This document shows positions 1 to 10,650 of a DNA stretch of 64,000 nt, in pieces. Both the position numbers and the translations under genes were made by a program. The notes below the pieces were generated by a model that worked only from the letters and a program-made list of their open reading frames with translations, was not told the origin of the DNA and ran no database searches. The DNA is taken from the NCBI GenBank assembly GCA_964019335.1, contig OZ025672.1:372001-436000 (forward strand), written 5' to 3'. Within the stretch, counting starts at the first letter, position 1. The number at the start of each line of letters is the position of its first letter. The stretch comes from Diplonema japonicum (lineage: Eukaryota; Protista; Euglenozoa: Diplonemea).

Positions 1-452
1 GGGGGGGGGCATTGTCCCAGGAGTTCATCAACTGGAAGGCCCTCCTGCCCCTGAATCCTCCGCAGCAGGTGCCTCAGCCTCGAAAAAGAAGAACAAAGTG
101 ATGCCGCACACTTGAGTGATACACACGTTTTCAAGCAAGCTAGCTAGCAAGTACATACGCCAGCAATGGAAAGAACTATATGCATGGCTGAAACGACTAA
201 CGAATAGATCGTCCGTTGCAGATCGGGATAGTTCCAGGGGTCTGCTTTACGCTAGTTTGTTAAACTCTCGTATTCTGAGGGGAAAGGAAGTTCGGAAAGT
301 ACGTTAAGGAGGTTCAGGGGGGAGAAGAAGAAGAAAAAGGGGCACCACTACATTCCACTCTGAGCGGAAAACCGCAAGACAGACAGGTTCGAAGACAGGT
401 TCATTATACCGACGTCCTTCCACGCCTTACAACCCAGCCCCGAATTACATAT

Positions 453-2066
453 CTACGCCTGGGACCCAGAAGCCTTGAAGAAGGCCTTCTTGAAGGCGAG
501 GAGGCGGGTCCTCTCTTCCGAGGCAAGAGACTTAATGTTCTTATGTTGACTCAAGTAGTTCCTGATGGCCGCACCAAGGTTGGCATCAACAGTGGTCCAC
601 CAGTCTAACCAGGTGTCCTGGACCACTTGTGCGATGCGGTTGCCGGAGAGGGCAAGAGCAAGCCTGTGGGCCAGCCTGTCCTGCCTGGCGGCGTCAAACG
701 ACCTGTACCTCTGCCCAGGCTGCTCGAAGTCATTCGTCTTGGCAATCATTTCCCTGATCTTCTTCACGTTGTTGTACACCTCAGGGTCATGGGGGTACGG
801 GTTGGCCTCGTGCACGGACTTGTCCTGCGTGCTGGGGAAGTAGTTGACCTCCCTGACAGCGTTCCCAGCCTCCGTGTAGTGCATAGCACCGTCAACATGC
901 TGGTCGTAGAACGGGCACACCGGACGGTTGATGGGCAGCATCTGGTTGTTCACCCCAATGCGGTACCTCTGCGTGTCCGCATAGGCGTACAGACGGGTCT
1001 GCAACATCTTCTCGTCAGACGGTTCAATCCCAGGCACCATCCTCGACGGGGAGAAGGCGATCTGCTCGTTCTCAAGGAACTGCGACGCAGGGTTCGTGTC
1101 GAACACGAAGTGCCCGACGTCCTGAAGAGGGATGAGGTTAGTGGGCCACATCTTTGAAGTGTCCAAAGGGTTGAAGCTCAAGCCGTTCATGAAGGTGGTG
1201 TTCGTGGGGTCAATCATCTGCACCTGGAAAGTCCACCCAGCGCAATGCGGCTGGTAGTTGGTGGGGCTGCACTTGGACGAGTTCCCTGACTTGATCTGGT
1301 CGTACAGGTCCACAGTCGCGAAGTTGAAAGGCATATCCGTTGCTTCTTCATCCTGCAGATTGGCCTCACCCTGCCACGACTTGTAGGTGTACCTCACCCA
1401 CATGGACTTACCAGCGGAGTTGATCCACTTGAAAGTGTGAACACCGAACCCAGGGAGCTGCCTGTAGTTGGCAGGAATACCAACATCGTCCATGAGCCAA
1501 CTGAACATGTGAAGAGACTCGGGGTAGTTGCTGAAGTAGTCCCAGATCCTCCACCATTCCTGCACCCCCCTCAGAGGGTTGGGCTTAAGGGCGCGGATCA
1601 TCTCAGGAAAGCGAATTCCGTCCCTGATGAAGAAAATAGGGAAGTTCAGCCCCACCACATCGTAGTTCCCCTCTTCGGTGTACAGCTTAATAGCGAACCC
1701 ACGAGGGTCCCTCAGGAACTCAGGACTGCCCTTCGAGTGGATCACAGTGCTCCAACGGGAAGCAATCGGAGTCTTCTTGCCAACACCTTGGAACACCTTC
1801 GCCATGGTGTACTGAGACATATCCCTCGTCAGTGTGAAGGTACCCTTGGCGGCAGCACCCCTTGCGTGCACGTTCCTCTCAGGGATCCTCTCTCTGTTGT
1901 GAACCTGAAGTCTTTCCATCAGGAGGGCATCCTGAAGAAGGATGGGACCGTCCCTTCCCAGTGTCTGGGAGTTCCTTGCATCATCAACGGGTGCACCTGC
2001 GTTGGTGGTGTAGACCTGACCGCTTACCGCCGCGGCGGAGAGCAGCACCAAGGCTGCGATTTTCAT
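453..2066 (-). CDS. CAT: Monofunctional heme catalase with N-terminal signal peptide
   Basis: Active-site motif RERIPERNVHARG, RDPRGFAIKLYTEEGNYD and heme-ligand motif RLYAYADTQRYR; hydrophobic N-terminus MKIAALVLLSAAAVSG. Confidence 0.95.
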   Translation of the reverse strand: MKIAALVLLSAAAVSGQVYTTNAGAPVDDARNSQTLGRDGPILLQDALLMERLQVHNRERIPERNVHARGAAAKGTFTLTRDMSQYTMAKVFQGVGKKTPIASRWSTVIHSKGSPEFLRDPRGFAIKLYTEEGNYDVVGLNFPIFFIRDGIRFPEMIRALKPNPLRGVQEWWRIWDYFSNYPESLHMFSWLMDDVGIPANYRQLPGFGVHTFKWINSAGKSMWVRYTYKSWQGEANLQDEEATDMPFNFATVDLYDQIKSGNSSKCSPTNYQPHCAGWTFQVQMIDPTNTTFMNGLSFNPLDTSKMWPTNLIPLQDVGHFVFDTNPASQFLENEQIAFSPSRMVPGIEPSDEKMLQTRLYAYADTQRYRIGVNNQMLPINRPVCPFYDQHVDGAMHYTEAGNAVREVNYFPSTQDKSVHEANPYPHDPEVYNNVKKIREMIAKTNDFEQPGQRYRSFDAARQDRLAHRLALALSGNRIAQVVQDTWLDWWTTVDANLGAAIRNYLSQHKNIKSLASEERTRLLAFKKAFFKASGSQA

Positions 2067-2157
2067 TTTCTTCCTCTCTGATTGCTGTAAAGACGGTTGC
2101 CAGTTTGCAGTTGGGCGAGATTAAATACATCAAAAAGTTCACTTTTCAGCACGCACT

Positions 2158-4629
2158 CTAGTACTCATCGAGGGACTTCTCGAAGGCTTCAAGCTCTTCT
2201 CTCCAACTAGGCCTTCCAGACTTCGACGGCGACAGCGACGCGAAAGAGACATCCGTTTGCTGTGGGGTGTGTCAAGGGGTGTGGGCATACCTCGATAGAG
2301 TTCTTTGCTGCGAGGACATCTGCGCGTGACGTGCGTGGAGTGGGAGCTGAGTATCTGTAGGCGTAAGCAATCCCTTGCGTGGCTTGGGTAGGTGAGGTTT
2401 CCATGCCCATGTTGCCGCCGTTGCGGTAGGCTGCTGCGGGACGGGGCGAGAGTTGAGTAGCAGAGGCGTTAGGTGTGTAGGTGTACTCTTTCTCATAATG
2501 CGTTGTGAGAGGCTTAAAGGAAGGCGCGAGAGCTTTACTTGCAGCACGTAGCTTCTCTGCGGTCTTCTTTTGCCGTGCCTTCACCTTCGTATAGTACCAT
2601 TCCTCATATTTACCCTTAGGACGATAGGTTGTAGGGAAGCTCATTTTGTCATGCACGGCAGCTGCCTGCAGTGAAGGCGACGTCTCGCACGTCTCGTTCC
2701 CGCCTCGTGGTGTGTTCGGCAAGGACGCTGTCGACGTAGCTGTCGTCACTGTTGCTGCCACCTTTCTCTTAACATGCTTGATACTGTTCCTTCTTTTGTA
2801 CTTCCCAGGACCTACGGGCCCAGCTGGCCTCCACCCACCATGCCTCTTTACTTGCCTGTAAAGCGCATCATACTGGTTTTTCCCCTCTTCAAACATCTTG
2901 AATAGAAGCTTTCTCTCCTCGTGCAGTGCTTCAACCTCATTTTCCAACTCCATTGTGTCAGCCGACTTTTCCACCGTCTTCTCGTCCAATGCCTGTCGCA
3001 TCGCCACTGTCTTGCCGTCCATCTCTTTGTTCAGCACTTCTCGTTCTTTTAGTATCTTTTTCCATTCCGAAGCCGATTTCTGTTGCTTTGGGTTACTTCA
3101 TGGGTGGAACTATACCTCTTCCAGCGTTTTTTCCCGCTTACGCAGCTTCTTGACCTCCGCTGTCACTCTTGTTACCTCAGCGCGCTCTTTTGTGAGATGG
3201 CCTTCCAGCATTTCTATTTGTTTGAAATACACAGCAGATGCAGATTCGGCCGTAGCAATACGCAGCTCTTCCTAATAGACAGTTAATGAAGAGTATGAAG
3301 CACACCTGTAGCCTCAGCACCTCCGCTTGTGACTCGGCGAGCAGTCTGTCAACACCGCTTTTTCTATTCTTTTCGTACAGTGCCGCGTTCAGCTTGCTCT
3401 TCAGCTCGTCAAGCTCCCTGCGAAGCTCCACCACCTCTTCTGACGGAGCTGCGTCGTGCGTGGGTGGCGGCACGGAGTGCCACACATGGTCCTGGGAGTG
3501 CTTTCCGGATTTTTCAAAAACATACCTTCCGTACGCTGTTCGCTTGTCTGTCAAGCATCTGAATAGCCGCCTTCCTCAAAGATAAGATCTGCAAGGAGTG
3601 CGGTGTGTGTGATTGCGAGTTAGCAGCTGCCTCTGATATGTTGGACACCATCTCTTCGTGGTCGAAGCACGACGGCACGAGGCCGCTGCTGATTTTGCGC
3701 ACGGCAGACGCGAATTCCACAACGGTGTGCGCCTGCTGCAAGTCTGCTGGGTTCAGGAACCCGAGGGACGTCGTGATGCAGTTCCCGCCCAGCGCTTCGG
3801 ACATGTAATACGTGAGGAAGCTCTGCTTGAGGAGCGTCTTCGCCTTGTCGAGGACACCGTTGTTGATGAGATCGACGATCTCACTGAGGAGATTGAAGCC
3901 AGGGTCCAGCACACCGTCTTGTTGCTGACCAAGAACGATCATGCGCAGCGTGGTGACCTGGTGAGTCACCCTGTCATCATCGCCCAGCTCTGTCCAGTAC
4001 AGAGTGCTTTGGTACACTAGATGCGACGTCTTGTCACGAGCGGAGTACAGACAGGTGCCCACATCGTTGTTGAAGTCATCAGCGTTGTTGAGGACAATGC
4101 TCTTCACATCAGGCACAATACCTGCAATGGGGTCAGGCAGCATTGTGCTGTTGTTGTTCAGCGAGAGCAAGTCCAGGATGGCACCGTTTCTTGTCAACTC
4201 GAAGAGAGATGCTTTGAGTGTGATGTTGCGACGGGTGCTGTCTGTTTTAATAGATTGTAAGTGGTTCAGGATGCTTATGCTTGTAGATGCGATGAGCCCA
4301 GGGCTGCTGGGGCTCCCAACCATAACCTCGTCCTGTCCCGAATAGGGCTGCCCACAAGAGAAACAGCACAAATTATACCCTTGAATAACGTCATCCCTTA
4401 ATGTTTCGCCTATCTCAGTCTTTGTCTGCTTCTTCAGCTCCTCGAACCTCTCCGTTTCTGAGCTGCCGGATATTCCTGCGCCTAGCACCCCGTCCACCCG
4501 TACCCACTTGTCCCCTGCACAGCTGATTTCCGCACTGTCCCCCCGCCCCTTCACACGCAGCATGCTGCCCCCATCTGTCGAACAGACCAAAGATCTCAGC
4601 GCACGGGTCTCTCTCTCCCTCACTTCCAT
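2158..4629 (-). CDS. Kinesin-like protein (degenerate motor domain + coiled coil), 5 exons; introns 3492-3525, 3272-3305, 3080-3115, 2260-2290
   Basis: GYNLCCFSCGQPYSGQ and LTYYMSEALGGNCIT resemble kinesin motor motifs. Removing four GT-AG introns (34, 34, 36, 31 nt) joins three ORF-track fragments into one frame ending ...EELEAFEKSLDEY*. ATG at 4629 follows CAG. Confidence 0.8.
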
Positions 4630-5449
4630 CGTTAATCCTGTGACACGAGGTGGCAATGAATGAAGGGGAAACAAGAAAAGAAGAAATTCACTATAGACGG
4701 GAACCAGCAGCAGTGCCGCCAGACTTGTACATAGAACAGAAAAGAAAGAAGAAGATAAAAGGGGCGGCTTGCTTTTAAAAGGAAACCAAAAATACCAACA
4801 TAATGACCTTCGCTGTTATAATAAAAAAAAAAAGAGAAAAATATATGGTCAGTTCTCCGTAAGAAAAAAAAAAACAAAGGAACGATCTTATGGTAGGTTT
4901 TAGGGTGTACCTGCCCTTCTTTCCCCCTCCCCCCTTTTTCTGTTTGTAGGTATTAGTTGGTTAGTGTAAAATACGAATATCGCCTCATGACAAGGGAAAA
5001 GGCAGCACGCTCTTTTGCTCTTTTAAAATCACGCATGTGGGCCTATCGAAGGGCCCATGTTCGGGATGTGGTGCACTCTGAGGAAACGGTTAGAAAAACC
5101 GAAACAACGGCATACCTCCCTACTATGTGTTGGTGGGGCACGTGGGTAAGTTCTATCGGAAGCCCGCCCCCAACGTGCACCCCTGCCCTCCCAGTATGGG
5201 GCGCCATGGAATGGTGTGGATCAGGACTCGAGGCAGGGTGTGCCTGCGACTGTATTGCAGGCACGGCGTGTAAGTGCTGCGGCGGCGCTGCCGCTGCAGA
5301 AGACCCGTACACAGCACCTACGAAGGCGACCCCTGCAACAAATTGCGCCATTACCCGCACACCCCAACCTACGAGGCCGTGTAAGTGCGACACTACGGGC
5401 AGCACTAACAAACAAAGTTACGTTTGCAGCTGTAAAGCTGCTACTGCAC

Positions 5450-6292
5450 CTAATACGACGGCCCAATAGAGAACATCGTTGTCTGAGCTCTTCGTTCCAC
5501 GTAAGACTTCGGAGCCCGTTGTGCCGGAGAGTACACAGGAGGCGGTGGCGGCGTGAGGCGCGGGTTCAGCGCAGCCCTCGTCATAGCTCGGAAAACGTAC
5601 TTCCTCCGATCGGTGTAAGCAGAGCCTTGCAGTAATTTGCTGCGCACCACATCCGATGAGCGTGACTGTGGTTTCTTTTGCGGCCTCATCACAGCACGCA
5701 CCGCTACGCACAACATTGCTGTTACAGCTCCCTCGACAGCTTTCTTCTTATGCACTGTTCGAATACACAAAGCACTGCTGAACACAGTCAACAAATACGC
5801 TGTGAGGTCCGCTACCTCGTAGGTCGTGTGCCGGAAAGGATTCAGCCCTTTGCTGATCTTATTCTTGCTGCACTGCACGCACCGCAGGATTTCTTTCATG
5901 TTGCGGCGCCTCTCTTCCTCCATTTTCAGACCCATTCTCTCCCTGTTTACTTCTGCTTGGAGTCTTGTTGCTTTTCTTTTGCTCCACTCCAAGAGCCTCC
6001 TAACGTTTCCTCTTCTCACAGCACTTCGTGGCCTTTCCTTAGCACTGCAGTCTCCGTCGTTCAAGGTTCGCAGCAGCTGCCCTGCGGCGACCCATTCAGA
6101 CCCGAATAAAAAATTGCTGAAATCTTTGTTTTTCCTCCAGTTACGTAAATCAACGAAGTTCTCGGAGTGTCCCCCTGTCACTGGCTGGTCCAGTATATTC
6201 GTGTTCCCCGGGCTGCTCCTGGGCCTGCTGATGGGTGCAGACTGGGGCCGCTTTTGCCTTGGCGTGATCTCTATATCTAAGTTATGGTACAT
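5450..6292 (-). CDS. Hypothetical protein(s); exon structure unresolved, may connect with 5043-5411
   Basis: 280-aa minus-strand ORF with ATG just after CAG; possible short introns near 5778-5815 and ~5400-5450 could not be resolved. Confidence 0.4.
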   Translation of the reverse strand: MYHNLDIEITPRQKRPQSAPISRPRSSPGNTNILDQPVTGGHSENFVDLRNWRKNKDFSNFLFGSEWVAAGQLLRTLNDGDCSAKERPRSAVRRGNVRRLLEWSKRKATRLQAEVNRERMGLKMEEERRRNMKEILRCVQCSKNKISKGLNPFRHTTYEVADLTAYLLTVFSSALCIRTVHKKKAVEGAVTAMLCVAVRAVMRPQKKPQSRSSDVVRSKLLQGSAYTDRRKYVFRAMTRAALNPRLTPPPPPVYSPAQRAPKSYVERRAQTTMFSIGPSY

Positions 6293-6382
6293 CTATGGTG
6301 ACCTGCATGAGATAGCAACGTACCAGGAAAGCAAAACACAACTAAAGTGCACGGCTAGGTTTGTGCAACTGTACTGATGGGA

Positions 6383-7687
6383 TCAGTACATGAACCACCC
6401 AGTCCAGAGTACGATGATCCACGTGACGAAGCAGTTGTGCCGCACTGAGACGATAGATCTCGCGTAGGGGCCTTTTTCGTGCCCATGAAGGGCGGCTGCA
6501 ACAGGTGTCCATCCACCAGCTTTTATTCGCAGCGAAGCGCCACGTGATACGAGAAACTTGGCGAGGTCCTCCCTTCTCCAGTAGCACGCGAGGTACAGGG
6601 CAGTCCTCCCCTCCTTATCTACTTCGTCAATGTTGCATCCTGCGTCGAGCAAGAGTGTTGCGGAAGCTACAGTAGTGCAAATATGAAGTGGTGTATTCCC
6701 ACGTTTGTCTTTTACATCCGTGTGTGCCCCGCGTGCTAGGAGTATCGAAAGCACTTCGCAGTTCTGCTCCACGGCGCTATGCAGAAGGGTTTCCCCCTTT
6801 TTATTCACGTGTGTGAGACAGGAGTCGTCGGGCGGCACGAGAAGTGCAGCGCAGCCATGAGGGTAAGCAGACGCCTGCATAGGCAGGTTGCCCTCTAGAT
6901 TCTGACAGGAATATAAACTGCTGTCAATGTAATCTGTGATGTGCTTCACCACGTCAGTAGCACTTCTACCCGCATAGTTGTGTAGTGGGGTGTTGCCCTC
7001 CGAATCGACTGTGTCGAGGAGTGTCGGGTCATGGGACAGGAGGGCCACAGCCATTTCGCCAAAGTGCACGTTGTAGATGGGTGTTTGGTCTAGGTAAAAA
7101 GTCCTCGTTTTGGGGTTTGCACCAGCATCGAGAAGTGTACGGACGGCGTCAGCCTTGTTGCAGCTCTCCTTCAGTGTGCGGTATTCCGACCACGACCCAT
7201 ATCGGTGAGATATGCAAGAGCACGCCTGCGTCAGGGGTGACGACCTTCTTGAGGAGAGAGAGAGGTTGGGGTCCGCATCTTGCGAAAGGTACCACTGCAC
7301 AACTTTCACATCGCCGTTCGAACAGGCAAGTAAGAAGGGGTGGGGATAGGTGTTTATGTCAAACATTACGTCACCGCCACTATCTTTGATACTTTGAAGT
7401 TTCTCCGTGTTGCATGTCTTTATGGCTTCCAGTACTTCTCTTTGGTTATTCGAGGGAACAGACTGCTTCTGCTGCACCAGTAGTTCCTCTCCTGATGTTA
7501 GGGCAAGATCCCCAATAGGAATGCACTCCATCTCCCCCACAAGCTCGCCATTGTGTATTAAGCTGAAAGTGTTCACCCCTAACTCGCACGCATCGGCAAT
7601 TTTCTTCTTTAGTGTGTCAGTGTCGTCGCCATGAGCAACGGTCACTGTGTGCCGCTTGGCACCCTCTACAAGCACCACCAAGTCCAT
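6383..7687 (-). CDS. Ankyrin-repeat protein with probable N-terminal ubiquitin-like domain
   Basis: Multiple ankyrin consensus repeats (GNTPLH, GETLLHSAV, GRTALYLAC); N-terminal DTDTLKKKIADACEL...FSLIHNG; start MDLVV after CTACAG. Confidence 0.85.
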   Translation of the reverse strand: MDLVVLVEGAKRHTVTVAHGDDTDTLKKKIADACELGVNTFSLIHNGELVGEMECIPIGDLALTSGEELLVQQKQSVPSNNQREVLEAIKTCNTEKLQSIKDSGGDVMFDINTYPHPFLLACSNGDVKVVQWYLSQDADPNLSLSSRRSSPLTQACSCISHRYGSWSEYRTLKESCNKADAVRTLLDAGANPKTRTFYLDQTPIYNVHFGEMAVALLSHDPTLLDTVDSEGNTPLHNYAGRSATDVVKHITDYIDSSLYSCQNLEGNLPMQASAYPHGCAALLVPPDDSCLTHVNKKGETLLHSAVEQNCEVLSILLARGAHTDVKDKRGNTPLHICTTVASATLLLDAGCNIDEVDKEGRTALYLACYWRREDLAKFLVSRGASLRIKAGGWTPVAAALHGHEKGPYARSIVSVRHNCFVTWIIVLWTGWFMY

Positions 7688-7738
7688 GCCCTGTAGTGTG
7701 CTGAAGTAAAGGAATAACAACGCTAACTAATGTATTTC

Positions 7739-9049
7739 TCAGTAGGCAAGACCAAGCGCATTGGCCTTCTTTTTCTTTTTTTTCTTTTTCGGTTTCGCTT
7801 CGTCATCAAGTTGTACTTCCCCTCCATCACTGAGCTCAGCCATCTTGTCGCGGTACCGTGTGTAGACTAGATGGATGGTCGCCTCTGTGCTAAGCGAAGC
7901 GGTGGCAGCGAGGTTTTTTAAAGTCGAGACAAGTCGGGGCACGCTCTGGGTGGGGCGAAGGGAATGGTGAGAAGCTGAAAGAGAAAACACGTACAGCTGC
8001 GGGACAGAATCACCAAGAAGCGTGGAGAGCAGCTTAGAGACCTTGCCTTCAGAGGCGTCTTGTGGTATATTGTACACAGTAGGGGGCGCTTTGGGGGGCA
8101 CATCTTCACTTTCCTCTTCCCCGTCGTCGCTGTCGTTCTCGGACCCTGTTCGATGAAACCGCACGTGGTACACATCCACCAGCTCGTCACGTTTACGTTT
8201 ATATGTGAGCAGAGGGGGCGTCGCTTTGCTTTTCTTGGTACTGTCCAGCTTCGCTTTCTTCACCTTGTCAAGGATTGACTCCTTGTTGCTTGTTTTGAAG
8301 TTCACGTTGCGCGCTCGCTCCACCTCCTCTGGGCATTCCTTAAGAAGTTTCACACCGTACTTTGCTATGTCCGCCTTATCCTGCGTGATGTTATGGAGAT
8401 ACAACCCATGTGATTGCTTGTGCCGTGCAAGGAGAACCTTGTTTGTGGATGAAGAGTTCGCGAAGCGTTGCTGGCGGTTGATCTGCAGGAGCGTCATAGC
8501 GACGCCGTCTGAGTGGCTCCTTTGCTTGTCGTTTGCATGGTTACCAGCTTGGGCAACAGGGTCTGTCCGCAGATTGTGCCGCTCCTCTGCTGTCCTGTAG
8601 TTCGGGTCATGTTCATCCTGCTTTGACTTGTCGAAGTCAGTGACACGCTGCTTTCCGCCACTCACTACTTTGTACGTCACGTTCTTTGGGTCGTTTTGGA
8701 TGGAGATTTTGTTCCCACAGAAGTGTTTCACCGTGAATTCGAATATCGGCGTTGAGAAGTACTTCCCTTTCTTCACTTTCTCAGCATCGCTCCACCGAGT
8801 CCCCATCTGGATCAGCTTCTCGCACTCCCCGCACCACACATCGTACGGCATCTCGAACCGCACCAGCAGGATGCCCTGTCGCATCTTGGCCAGCCGCTTG
8901 TAACCACCCTGCGCTACCATCTTTGACTGCCCATGCCATTTGTCGATATCCCCTTTTTTGTAGAACCCGGAGTCGAAGAACTCCGGTGGTTTGTAGAAGG
9001 ACCCATCACCTGTGTTGAATCCACCGCTGCCTTGGATGTCTTTGGGCAT
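7739..9049 (-). CDS. CCDC130: CWC16/YJU2 family splicing factor (CCDC130-like)
   Basis: GILLVRFEMPYDVWCGEC...MGTRW...KKGKYFSTPIFEF...NDPKNVTYKVVSG matches the CWC16/CCDC130 N-terminal domain. Confidence 0.85.
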   Translation of the reverse strand: MPKDIQGSGGFNTGDGSFYKPPEFFDSGFYKKGDIDKWHGQSKMVAQGGYKRLAKMRQGILLVRFEMPYDVWCGECEKLIQMGTRWSDAEKVKKGKYFSTPIFEFTVKHFCGNKISIQNDPKNVTYKVVSGGKQRVTDFDKSKQDEHDPNYRTAEERHNLRTDPVAQAGNHANDKQRSHSDGVAMTLLQINRQQRFANSSSTNKVLLARHKQSHGLYLHNITQDKADIAKYGVKLLKECPEEVERARNVNFKTSNKESILDKVKKAKLDSTKKSKATPPLLTYKRKRDELVDVYHVRFHRTGSENDSDDGEEESEDVPPKAPPTVYNIPQDASEGKVSKLLSTLLGDSVPQLYVFSLSASHHSLRPTQSVPRLVSTLKNLAATASLSTEATIHLVYTRYRDKMAELSDGGEVQLDDEAKPKKKKKKKKANALGLAY

Positions 9050-9145
9050 TTTACACCCCCCTGGTCATAATCCTGTAATTCGTAGATAGGTAACAAACTT
9101 GCAAAACCAACTTGATTTTTAGCAAAGCAGCTCTGTAAAGAGCGC

Positions 9146-10414
9146 TTACGGTGTGGGAGGTGATGTATCAGTGTACAATGACTGCACGACAGCAGTGTGG
9201 GTGTACGACAGCTCGGTGCTAGTGTATGAGAATGCAGTGTCGTCCTCGCGCACCAATGGTGTGAAAGAGGGACACGTGTTCAAGGCAGTGTTCTGCAGAA
9301 GACGGCGGCACTGAACTTCCGACGAGTTCAGCGCTGCAAGCTTCTTGGCTACTTCAGTAAACGAGTAAAGGTCTAAGGGAGGGGACCTCCACGGCGCACC
9401 GGCAGGTGTGGTGTACTCATTCATTGCGCTAACAAGCTTTGGGAGCCCTGAAGCTATGACAGTCGACACGACGTTGTTCACGATGAAGTCAGGTAGTGGC
9501 ATCAGCAGATCCGAGTGCGACAACATGCACAGCCTGCATTCACCAGGGTTGCCGTCTATGGGTGCGATGAGGTACCCGCTTCCTATAGACACGCCTCTTA
9601 CGAAGCCAGGCATTTCGGGTGCTGCCGGGTGCTCGACACTATGGTTGATAATGATGAAGCATCCGTTGCGCAATTCCCGCCATCCTCTGATGGTGCAGAA
9701 GTCACGACCGGATAGGGGCATCGGTAGCTTTGTAGCATAGTAGCAGACCTCCTCTCTGTGAGACAGCTTTTCGACCAACCGACCGCTTGCCATGTTTTTG
9801 TCCCATGTTGCTCTGTACGATGAATCGTGGAGCACGTTGTACGCAACAAGCGGAGGAACAGCAAGGCGGGTATGCACAAGGACCTGGCAAAGTTGTGACT
9901 TGGTTTTCATCCCGTGGTTGATATGCGGAGACACCGGAGGAGGACGTTTCCAAGCCTTCACGCCTTGTTTGTCATAGACAAGCTTCCAAGGTTCATGTGG
10001 GCTGGTCTCCTTGTCAAGCATGACTGTGTACATCGCCCCAAAGTCATCATCTGTGAGCAGGCGCAACCCGTTCACAGTGGTCTCAATCGTTCCCTTTGCA
10101 TTCAGTACCGCCACCACAGTTTTTTTGCTGCCTTCAAAATCTACGTTCCTCTCTTCCCTGCCCCTGTGTATCCATTTCGGCGTCTCGATCCTCACTTCTT
10201 TTTCTTCGGTTTCGTTTCCTATTTTCTTTTCTTCTTCTTCCTCTTTCTCCTCTTTTTCTTCTTCCCCGGAAGAGCTCAGCCCCTGCACCTCGCTCGCTTC
10301 CTTCTCCTCTACGCAGCACAGCACAGGCGTATCTTCCCTTTTAAGTGTACCGCCCTCGGTATCTGCCTTCTGGGGTGCCTTCGCAGCAGACTTCTGGCAG
10401 GCGCAATTTCCCAT
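9146..10414 (-). CDS. START-domain lipid transfer protein (PCTP/STARD10-like), predicted N-myristoylated/palmitoylated
   Basis: YNVLHDSSYRATWDKNM, LPMPLSGRDFCTIR, SVEHPAAPEMPGFVRG; N-terminus MGNCAC. Confidence 0.85.
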   Translation of the reverse strand: MGNCACQKSAAKAPQKADTEGGTLKREDTPVLCCVEEKEASEVQGLSSSGEEEKEEKEEEEEKKIGNETEEKEVRIETPKWIHRGREERNVDFEGSKKTVVAVLNAKGTIETTVNGLRLLTDDDFGAMYTVMLDKETSPHEPWKLVYDKQGVKAWKRPPPVSPHINHGMKTKSQLCQVLVHTRLAVPPLVAYNVLHDSSYRATWDKNMASGRLVEKLSHREEVCYYATKLPMPLSGRDFCTIRGWRELRNGCFIIINHSVEHPAAPEMPGFVRGVSIGSGYLIAPIDGNPGECRLCMLSHSDLLMPLPDFIVNNVVSTVIASGLPKLVSAMNEYTTPAGAPWRSPPLDLYSFTEVAKKLAALNSSEVQCRRLLQNTALNTCPSFTPLVREDDTAFSYTSTELSYTHTAVVQSLYTDTSPPTP

Positions 10415-10650
10415 TTTCGTTTTTTTGAAAGCTGCGAAGAAAAAAAAGTAAACAACAGTAATATTAATGGCACGGAGATGCATCGAAAAAAATAAACACG
10501 TCACACGTCATTCAGCCAGCTTGCCAATAAATACAGGCCAGGATCGTGGCTACACTACACTCTTGAGAAATACAAGGCACGCTGTAGACCTTCTTTTAAT
10601 TCATTCGGTTCAGTCATTCACGTTTTTTTTTTCCCCTTCCACGAAGGTAC

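Noticed and set aside
1-115. Possible 3' end of a plus-strand gene (convergent strand switch)
   Set aside because: Two short frames are equally open and neither is recognisable; too little sequence
3589-3630. Possible in-frame 42-nt GC-AG intron in the kinesin gene (GCAGCTGCTAAC...TTGCAG)
   Set aside because: The frame is open with or without it; cannot be supported without cDNA
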